DNA of 64,000 nucleotides from Octopus sinensis (taxonomy: Eukaryota), in NCBI RefSeq assembly GCF_006345805.1, contig NC_043002.1:42470001-42534000 (forward strand), written 5' to 3'. Of the stretch, positions 38,798-49,312 are shown piece after piece. The position numbers were made by a program, and so were the translations under genes. Position 1 is the first letter of the stretch. Every line of letters starts with the position of its first letter. The notes under the pieces are model-generated. The model did not search any database and was not told the origin of the DNA. It was given only the letters and a program-made list of their open reading frames with translations.

Positions 38798-38903
38798 CAT
38801 TATCTTACTGACTCTACTCAAAGCATTACAAACCCCTAGATAGAATATAACATTATCTTACTGACTCTACTCAAAGCATTACAAACCCCTAGATAGAATA
38901 TAA
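38798..38903. repeat. Perfect 53-bp tandem duplication
   Basis: cattatcttactgactctactcaaagcattacaaacccctagatagaatataa occurs at 38798 and again at 38851. Confidence 0.95.
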
Positions 38904-39093
38904 AAACGACAAAACAATATGATTTGCACATACATAGACAGCTTATACTTCTGTGCCACTATAATCTTAGGGAAAATATTGCAAAAAGCAATAGAGTGTA
39001 TTGAGATAATGTAAAATTCACTTAGATTTACTACATTTCTATTTTTCACTTTTAATTGTATCCTCTTTTCATTTTTTTTCTTTTTCATTGTAG

Positions 39094-41063
39094 GCTCCTA
39101 CTTTGCGGGCGAGGCTTCATACTCTCATCAATTTACTGATGACATTCGTATTAAGCGGCAGCGTCCAATTCCAGCTGGTCGTGTTAGTTCTAACAACATT
39201 GCAATGACCACTAAAGTCTTCTGCAATCCTTACAATAAAAATGCTTTCCTCAAGTTGAGTCCAAGTATTAATATTCCAAGTATGAACCCAGCTGCACCAC
39301 TGCAATTAACAGGCTATACAAGTTCAGTGACCACCTATACTGCTCAAGGAAGCATAATGGCCAGTTCTAGTAACAACCCATTTGTTAGTCAAGCTTTATT
39401 AGGAGCTGCACCTCCTGGAGCTGGATCAAATATATGTTGTCCGACTATCAAAGCTACTAACAATCCAAACACTGCTGTAAACAGAGTACCGTCTAATCGC
39501 ATAAACATTGTCATGATGCCAATGACAGATGCAGACAAGAACCAAACTGTTCAGAATATGCCTAATATGCAAGACACTTCATCAGTTGGCATTGCTCCTA
39601 ATGTCCCATCATCTTCTTCATCTTCAACACCCTCATCATCATCTTCATATTCATTACAAAATTTGACTGTATCCTTTCCTTCCAGTGGTAATGTTGGCCC
39701 TACTGTAACTGCTAACAATACAGTTATGCAGTCTCCGCTTGTGCTGTCAACAGCCCCTAAACAGCTAGTACACCAACAACTGCAGACAGTGCCAGTGACT
39801 AGCACACCTCAACATATCCCTCTGGTTGTACCCTTCCAGGCAGGAACTGCTGTTAATCCCAAAAGCCATTTGGCTTCACACTCACACTCTAAATTAATCT
39901 TTGGAGGATTGTCACAACCACAACAGCAAATGCAACAACAGCAACAACAACAACAGCAGCAGCAGCAGCAAAAATACCTTCTGCAGCGCATCACACAACG
40001 ACTTCAAACACAACCCACACAACGACTGCAGGCACAAGCAACACAACGACTCCAGCAACCAGCGATACCATCGCAGGCGCTGCAGTCACAGCAACTCTCA
40101 CAAGCTCAACAGCCATTATTGCAATTGCAGGCTGTGCAACAACTACAACCATCACCGCAATTACAGACTGCTGCACAAGTTCCACAGTTAGCCCAACCGC
40201 AACATCATCAGCAACCACAGCAAGTTGGGCCAACACTGCAACAGGTCACATCAACTTCAGCACCTCAGCTGATAACACTTGGAGAATTTTTGTCCCCTTT
40301 TCAAACAGGAGCTTCGGCAGCTAAAGTTAACATGGTGTCTCACACCCAGCCGAAACTTGTTTTTGGAAGAGTGCCATCTCAACAACAATCTCAGCAACAG
40401 CAGCCTCAGCAACAAGTAATGGCCCAGCAAGCTGGTGTACCTCCACAGAACCAACCCCAAGCCCCACCCCAGCATATACAAGCTGCACAACAAACACCAC
40501 ATCATTTACATCACTATCACCATCACCACCATCACCACCACCATCACCAAGCCCCAGTGCAACCACAGCAGCAACCCCAACAAATATTCCTGCGGAAAGG
40601 TTTTGTTGTGCCCATTCCACCAGGAACTTCTGGTCCTAAAGTCAGCACTGTTGGCCATTCACAATCCAAACTAATAGTGAAAGTACCACCAGCACCACCA
40701 GCACCATCCCAACAACAACAGCTGGTCCCACAGACCCAGCCTCAGCCCCCTACCCCACAAGCAATCCAGGCTCAACAGACAGCAAACACACTCCAACTCT
40801 ACTGCCAAAATGGAGAACCCCATACGACACGGACCTCAATACCTACAAACTGCACGCGGAAAATGTTCATTGCCAAAGTTCTCGTGGGCAAGTACACAGG
40901 TGGTAACAGCAGCCTGAAGAAAGCCCCACCTTTATATCCATGTGCCGAACCATTTGGAAAATGCTATGACTCTTGTGTAGACAACATATGGGACCCAAAG
41001 ATTTTTGTTATATTTGATAGTGCCCAAGCTTACCCCGATTATTTAATAGAATATGTTGTATAG
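39094..41063 (+). CDS. Terminal coding exon F: GSYFA...ASYSHQF, ~570-aa Q/P/H-rich insert, then the rest of the PARP domain (KMFIAKVLVG...YDSCVDN..DPKIFVIFDSAQAYPDYLIEY)
   Basis: tttttcattgtag| acceptor at 39093. The frame is open from 39096, runs into ORF 39204-41063 and ends at TAG. Confidence 0.92.
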
Positions 41064-41103
41064 TGATAGACTGATTTTTATATGAAACACTCTTGATAGC
41101 ATA

Positions 41104-41109
41104 TCTCTT

Positions 41110-41142
<33 letters not shown>

Positions 41143-41165
41143 GTCACTCTCTCTCTCTTTCTCTC
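41104..41165. repeat. (TC)n microsatellite just 3' of the stop codon
   Basis: Direct reading. Confidence 0.9.
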
Positions 41166-44100
41166 CTATCATGGTAAAGTTGACAAATACCAAACTGTAT
41201 AAATGGAACAGATTTTAGTGGGGAAAAGACTATGAAAAGAAGTGGGTGAAAGTGTTTACCTTCTTTTTTTCTGGTCTACATTTTCCTTTTTATATATTTT
41301 CTTTTTCTTTATTAGTATTTTTATAGTTTGTGTTGAAAATTTAAATGCATGTATATTTTTGTTAACAATGCTTTTATCATTATCATAAGTATTATTGTTT
41401 GAAAATTAACTTTGCTATTTTTAACTTTATTTTTTTGTTTACTTCTAATCTTATTATTATTATTATTCCTATCTTGCACTTGTTGCTTCATAGTGTCTTT
41501 TAGGTACGCTGATAGCTTAGTAAGGAAAGGAACCATTTTTTTTTTGTCTTTTTCATCCTTTTAAATTTAAGCTGTTTAAATTGGGAGAAAAATCTTTTTA
41601 GAACACATTAGATCTTGTATAAATGTTTCTTTAGAATTGGGTACCATAACCAGTTTACATAGAATTTTAATACAACTTTTCTAATTTTTAATACTAATAT
41701 TTTAATCTAAGGCTGCCCTCTTATCACCTGCTCCTATTGACCCCCTTTTTGAGAAAAATATTCATTATCTTTTCTCACATTCATTTGCTTTCCCCGCCCC
41801 CTTATGCTTTAAACCTCACTATCTTCTCCATTATCTTTTTGTTTCCGACTATTCATGAAGGATTGCTATTATAAGTGGTTTGTTATGTATGTGTGTGTAT
41901 GTGTGTATGCATGCACGTGTGTGCATGCATTCTTGATAAGGTGTGCTTATAAATGTCATTTGTTACATTCTGATATCATTGGCAGTCATTTGCTAGCAAG
42001 AGATATCTTGCATGAACATATTTGTGTAGTATCGTCAGTTTGCAATGCTCAACACAATTAAATTTAAAGAAATAAATAAATGCCTCGGTTTAATTTTCTT
42101 TAATTAAATATACACCATTTTCCCCATAAAGTCTTTGTATATTCTGGATTAAAAAAAAACAACTTATAACTGATTCTTAATTTAGAAATATTTGGAATTT
42201 TTACAAACTTATGTCAATTTCATTCCTCTCTCAACTACAGCTTCTGTTTTACTATTTTTTTCCCATTGTCTTTAACTAAGAAAATTTCTCTAACTTATCA
42301 CCCTCTTTCTCTTCATCATTCTTCATATAAAATGTTTCTTCTCTCTCTCCCTCCCTCTCTCTCTCTCTCTCAGTATTTTCTACCATTGATGTATCTTCTG
42401 TTATCTATCTTTATTCACTTTTCATTTTCACTATATCTCACCAGCTGTCTTGTTCTCTGTTTCTTCATGCCCTTCTGTTCCCACCCCTTTGGAAAAACAA
42501 TAATCAAACAAAAAATATGAAAGAAAATTTTTCTTTAATACATTCTTATTACAAATATTTTGTGATGTGTTTTTGTTTATTTTTTTTCTTTCTTTTAACT
42601 GATTACTTCAATGTTTTATATAGTCTGGTGATATATTTAATATGCTGTAGGGTAGGCAACTTATGTATATAGGGTTTAATTGAATCCAATTAAATATTTT
42701 TAATAATTAGCACTTCTATTCAATATATCTTAATTGATAGTTGTTCCTTTTTTTGGGTTTTTTTTTAAACAAATGAAAATTTAACACAAACCAAATCTCA
42801 ATTAGCATTTTGTAAATGTTGGTGCTGCTGTAATATTGTTATTCTTATAATCATCATGTGAACAAACTCTAAAGGTTTATAGAGGTATAATTGTGATATT
42901 CTTGAAATATGCATTCTTAGCAATTGTAGATGATTAATATGTAGGAAGAGTTTTAAAATGACAAAAAAATCTTACACACACCTACACACAAATTCTTACT
43001 TGACTTTCTACAATAAATTCATTCCAATAACTCTTATTGAACTTTTGCTTATTTGTACTATTTGTATGGGGATGGCTATATTTAACAGTCTTTTAATGGG
43101 GGGCTTCTATTTTTCTCTGTTAGTAAGAGTTATAAAATTGTCGGGGTGTTTTTTTTTTATTTTGGGAGCTTTTAAAACATTTTTTCTTTGTCATAAATAT
43201 AAAAGTCTTTCTGCATCATATTTGGTGTAACTGCCAGAATTTTCCTGACTGTTACTGTATACATTTGGTATGCTGGCCTCTGCCATAAATTTGGTATATA
43301 TATTTCCATCAATATATACAACAAAAACAACACACACAGTATTTTTTTTTTTAAATTTCTTTATCACATATCAAGTTTTATTGATTGTTTAACAAGTAGG
43401 CTGATATAGAACACTTTCCTACAAAATTTAGTTATTTTGATGGTGAAGTATGAACACACTAATTGATGTAATTGTTTTGCTGAATCAGCACATTATCTTG
43501 CATCTGTAACTGAGAGGCTGCTAAATCACATTTTCACTAAGCTCTACTTGTATGTGTGTGTGTATGTATATATGCATGTGTGTGTTACTTTAATATCACT
43601 AGGAATAGGTGAGTTTTTTTTTTCTTTTCTCCTGGGAGTAGGCCTTTGTAAGTAGATTTGTCAATTTTCCATTCTATTTCTCCTCAATACAATTTAGTAT
43701 AAAATACAATGATAAACAAAGCAGCTAATTAACACTTTGGTATATTATTTACATTTTAGTAGTTTGACCAACACAAATTATTCTTGTGGAAATTATAGTT
43801 GGTTGTTTGTGATAGAATTACATTAATAGTATTTTCCTTGTTTTTAATATTTGCTATCTTCATTATAGTGGAGGTGTTAGTTGGTATCAATAATGTCTTC
43901 ATTGTAATGGAATGTAACATTGGTGAGCTTTGTTACTTTACTACAAGGGGACTTTGATGTAATTGTGCTGTTTTAGATGTTTGCATTTCTTCTAACAGAA
44001 ATTGGTGACCTATTGGCAGTTTCGGTATCCTCTCTTTTTGTTGGGATAACAATTTTGGTGTCTTCACTGCTATCAGAGTATTGCTGTGATGATACATTGG

Positions 44101-44781
44101 TTTGCTTCATTATGAAAGAAAAAGACGTGGCTGCATGAATTCAATAGTTTTCATTATTGACTGCTATGTAGTGTAAACAGAATTTAGTATGAATATCCTT
44201 TGTCTGGAAACAGTGTAATTCATGCACATTAACCCTTGACATTATCTTGGATTAAACCTACTCTGGTAGGTATGAAGTACTTGTGGTTCAGTTATACTCT
44301 GCATTGACCATATGTACATTACTATAGGAAGCTCTTTATGCTATTATTAATATTGTTATTAACATAATTATTATGCTTTCCTTTTTGCTTTTTTTCTCAT
44401 ACTTTCAACACTGGTGTATTCTGTGAAAAGTCTGGACTACAAGAATATCTGTGACAGTATTGTGATTTGTTTAGTATAATTACACCATCCTGTTTTCTGC
44501 CACTAGCTATTCTCTCTTAATCACTGTCACAAAGGTGTCAAACAAATCAGGAGTATATATTTTGTATGGAGACATCTCATGTTCAGTCTCATCATCTGCT
44601 GAACATTACATTAATTCCTGCCTCTTCTATCCATATTTCCAAGTGGATAGAATATACCACCATTTATAAACAACTTAGGCTAACTAGTTTTTGAGGTTTC
44701 TGATAAATTTGCTTTATTCTATATTTAAGTTCTACATTATAAGTAAAGAAATAAGTGCATATGAGTATGTGTGTATGTATA

Positions 44782-44815
<34 letters not shown>

Positions 44816-45434
44816 ATATATATATATAAAGTGTGTGTGTGTGTGTGCTTATATATAGTGAATTCTTTATACAATTCATATTTCACACTACTATGATCTT
44901 AATGTGAATTAACTTTTACAATATTCCTAGCTGATTTTATATCCATTGAAGTTGGTTCATTTTTTGGTCACTTTCTAAATATTATTTTGTCCAAGTGGTG
45001 TTTATAATTGTTGTCACTTTTCGTTTGCCAATTCATTGGTTGTTCCATTGTCATTGGTCAAATTCACCATTTTATTGGTCTATATGAACTTTTACTTTTT
45101 AATCATTGTCATATTGTCAGTTTTCATTGTCCAATTCGGTGGTTGTCTTATTCCCTACCTGCCAATTTCATCACTGTAACCAGCAAATTGGAGCAAAAGG
45201 AAAAGCAACTACACTCATAAACACAACCTTAAAAAAAGAATATTTAGAAGCTGGCTAGGACTTAGAAATTCAAAATAATGAATGTTTATCAATAAATATA
45301 AAACCAACTTAAAAATATTGTAAAACTGTTCATCATAAGATTGTGCTGGTGTGAAATTAAAGTTGCAATTAAAAGAATTCAGTTTAAATATACTATACAC
45401 TCTACACTCCTTCAGTGACAAACTTTAGCATTTG

Positions 45435-46064
45435 AACATACATACATACATACCTCCACACATACAACATATATATATGTGTGTATGTATATATATATAT
45501 GTGTGTATGTATATATATATATATGTGTGTATGTATATATATATATATATATGTGTATGTATATATATATATATATATATATGTGTGTATGTATATATAT
45601 ATATATATGTGTATTATATATATATATATATATGTGTATATATATATATATATATTGTGTATATATATATATATATATATGTGTATATATATATATATAT
45701 GTGTTATATATATATATGTGTATATATATATATGTGTATATATATATATATGTGTATATATATATATGTGTATATATATATATATGTGTATATATATATA
45801 TGTGTATATATATATATATATGTATGTATGTATGTGTATATGTATGTATGTATGTATGTATGTGTATGTATGTATGTGTATGTATGTATGTGTATGTATG
45901 TATGTGTATATATATATATGTATGTATATATATATGTATGTATATATATATATGTATGTGTATATATATATGTATGTGTATATATATATGTATGTGTATA
46001 TATATATGTGTATATATATATGTATGTATATATATATATGTATGTATGTATATATGTATGTATG

Positions 46065-46100
<36 letters not shown>

Positions 46101-46421
46101 TGTATGTATATATATATGTATGTATATATATATGTATGTATGTATATATATGTATGTATGTATATATATGTATGTATGTATGCATATGTATGTATATATA
46201 TATATGTATGTATATATATATATGTATGTATATATATATATGTATGTATATATATATAATATGTATGTATATATATATATATGTATATATATATAATATA
46301 TATGTATGTATATATAATATATATGTATGTATGTATATATATATATATATATGTATGTATATATATATATATGTATGTATATATATATATATGTATGTAT
46401 ATATATATATATATATATATA
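45435..46421. repeat. ~1-kb compound (TA)n/(TG)n/(TATG)n microsatellite
   Basis: Direct reading. Source of the ORFs 45412-46480. Confidence 0.97.
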
Positions 46422-48053
46422 ATATCATTGATTTAATGTCCAGTTTAACATGCTTGCATGGGTCAGATGGGATTTGTTGAGGTAAAGTTTTTTTACAATC
46501 AGATGCCCTTCCTGTTGCTAACTCTTGTTTTCAAACAAGGTAATATTTCCCAATGACTGGACATGTTTCCATGGAAGACTGAAAATGAATGACACCACTT
46601 ACTTGATAGTGACACTTGTTAACAAACTCATGTCAAGATGAGGAGGTACAAAGATACATACATATAATATTGCATGAATTTCTTCAGGGAGAAAACTGAC
46701 TAAAATTTTAAATAGTTTAGTTTAGTGTTAACAACAAGAATCTACAGTAATCATAGAGCAAGATAAATTTATAGTCTATACTGGTTTTATTTCACATACA
46801 AAGTACTTAAATTTTTACTAGCCATTTGCTCGTCAATTCTATCAACTTAATGTATTTTGTTGCTGAAAGCTTGCTGGAGTAAAATGCAAGAATACGAATT
46901 TATCTATTTGTGTGTGTATATTTTACTCGTAAATTATTGTAACATCAGCTCTTGTATTTTCATAAATATTTAGTAACACGAGTAAACCTGAGCCTATTTG
47001 CTCTGCTATCTCTTAATACCACACTAAGTTTAATAATTAATGAGAGCCTAAATATTAATGACTGGTTAGGAATGTTATACAAGTTGAATCCTCTGCTAGG
47101 TTTAGAATTTGACAATTTGCCTCCAACTTGACTATTTAAAAGCCAGTCCAAACTACCTGGTGACATTGACATCATTTTAACAATTACAAACCATAGTAAA
47201 CAGAAGATTGCACAAATTACTAAAGTTGTTAACAGTTGGTAGTGTTGAATCTGGTACTGAAAATAAAATATTTAAATTTGTTCATATTTTCCTTGTCATT
47301 CCTTCTAAGAAAATATTAAATTTAACAACTTATTTGTGAGCTTTTCATTCCTTAACTGAGCTGTAACTGCCATGTTACTTTCTTTATCTACATAATTTGT
47401 TTAATTAAGTTGGAATTGGCACATGATGTAATTTATCTGACTTATTATAATTCTTTACACCCACTCCTTTTTAAGAATTTGCCAAATTTTTTTCTTTCAA
47501 CTTGCAATGTAAACACAACTCAAATGTATGCATACTGCCTTGTTTAAAGTTTCTGCCCCCCCCCCATAAATTCCCCTATGCAACCACACAATTTTATTTT
47601 AAAGTAAGTGTTAGTACATACATATACACAGAGCTTCCTCTTCTCTTTCCCTATTTATAAACACACACACACACACACTCACAAGCATACACTTAACATA
47701 TATAAATACATTCCAAAGATGAATTTTTTTTCTTTCTTTATAATTACTCCAAACAACTAGGTCCAAAATAGTAAGGGGAACTGCGCAACATTTAAAATTA
47801 AAAGAAAACAAAAAAAAAATTATCAAAAAAGAAGCTTCTGTCTTGTACAGAGTGAAACTAAAAGAACTTCTGGTATTGCATATTGCAATTATGTGTGCCA
47901 CTTGCAAACTTTTTCTTCTTTTATAATTCTGAACTTTTTGTTTTATTTATATTATATTGTGTGCCAATTAGTGATCATTTATGCACACAACACACGTAAA
48001 TGATATCTTGTGAATTCAAATCATTAAATTTTTTTCCTCTCTCTGTAACTACA

Positions 48054-48098
48054 TTATTATTATTATTATTATTATTATTATCATTATTATTATTATTA
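48054..48098. repeat. (ATT)n microsatellite
   Basis: Direct reading. Confidence 0.9.
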
Positions 48099-49228
48099 CA
48101 AGTGGAAATTTTGGTCACTAATTTCATGTGACTGTTATATTACCTGTTCCGTCAACATTTTAGTGGTCAAAACCCCATTTTTTTCTTTCTTTTCATTTCT
48201 TTCCACTCTACAATTTAAGGATATTTTTTTGTCAACAGCTGTCTAAGACCATTTATAACTATGAAGGTATTATCATTATTTTTTTATTTTTTTATTTTCT
48301 ACCCCAAAGATTTGCAGCTCAAGTGACAATCATGTAACTCTCAAATTATGAAAGTTGAAATTTAAATCAACAGTACCCTACAGCCCTCATTTTATTTCTC
48401 TTTGCCCTGTTCTGCTTCTTACCCCCTCCTTTCTTTCACATCACTCCTCTTTCTACCCTATGCTATTCTTTGCGTGTTGGACTTTTAAAATAGGAGTGAA
48501 ATGAAATATTTGGATAAAATATGCATTACTTTTTTTCAATGTAAGCAAATATTTAATAGCTACATACACTCCTTCCCTCTTCTCTCTCTCTTTCTCTCCT
48601 TTTTTTTTTTACCCCTTGTTCCGTTTTACTATAATGGACAAGGTAAACCGACTTGAAAGATTCACTAGTCTACAATTGATTAAATCACACAAGCTGCCCA
48701 TTTTTCTATTAATGTCTAATATAGCAGTTATCAAATGTTGTTTTGTAAACAGCTTTGATAGTTCCTTGCCTTGCATTTATTGATAGTTTTGTGGGGTGTG
48801 GTGCTCTTTTTTCAAACTTCCTTACCTTTCAATGTTTCTCTTATTCACTCCTTCTCCTCCTCTCAGTTTTTTGTTTTTTAATGTTGCACAATGACAAACT
48901 TTGAACTTCAAGGCTATGGGCTTACTCTTCCCCTTTCTGAAAGAAAAAGAAAAAGTGAATGTATCCCTTTTTTAGATGTGTGCCTCAAATTATATATAAC
49001 AAAAAAAAAACTACAAAAAAATTTTTATAGTTGTCATTTGTTTAAATAACAATTGATTTGAATGCAAAACAAAATTAGAGTTGTACACAGGCTATGTATT
49101 TTTTTATTTATTAAAAATTTTTTAGACCTCTTGCTAGCTTTTCATCAACAGAATTGTTCTCTGTTACATTAATTGAATGAAGAAAAAATAGAAACAGAAA
49201 GAAAAGAAAACTTTCTTTTCACTTACAG

Positions 49229-49312
49229 AAAAACAAAGGCTCTCTATTTTAGATGGTAATAAAATGTTGCATTTACACCTTTCTCAGGAAGAGAAATATG
49301 AGCATATGTATG
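49229..49312 (+). other. Candidate orphan 84-nt exon (phase 1-1): KQRLSILDGNKMLHLHLSQEEKYEHMY
   Basis: Acceptor ctttcttttcacttacag|, donor ATG|GTAAGT and one open frame. No partner exons identified. Confidence 0.3.

Larger units (their letters stand above)
3474..41063 (+). other. Multi-exon gene, 5' end not found: SIM-like array + RBR-type RING1 + PARP (mono-ART-type) catalytic domain with large low-complexity insertion; at least 1,237 aa
   Basis: Six exons join in frame through canonical AG/GT sites with matching phases (0,1,0,2,1). RING ligands and PARP motifs continue across the junctions. Stop TAG at 41061-41063. Introns: 4637-31394, 31444-32853, 33087-34130, 34277-35509, 35662-39093. 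Confidence 0.88.

Noticed and set aside
39551-40620. Antisense and alternative-frame ORFs including a poly-Cys ORF (39809-39994)
   Set aside because: Shadows of the CAA/CAG/CAC-rich coding strand.
39204-41063. Stand-alone 619-aa single-exon gene
   Set aside because: The frame is open upstream to the acceptor at 39093 and contains the GSYFA motif, so it is the last exon of the spliced gene.
43850-44110. Minus-strand protein-like stretch (MKQTNVSSQQYSDSSEDTKIVIPTKREDTETANRSPISVRRNANI*)
   Set aside because: Short, no convincing splice sites, repeated stops and no recognisable family.
45412-46480. Long 270-340-aa ORFs (YI/CV/MY repeats), and likewise 1454-1964
   Set aside because: Translations of dinucleotide and tetranucleotide microsatellites.
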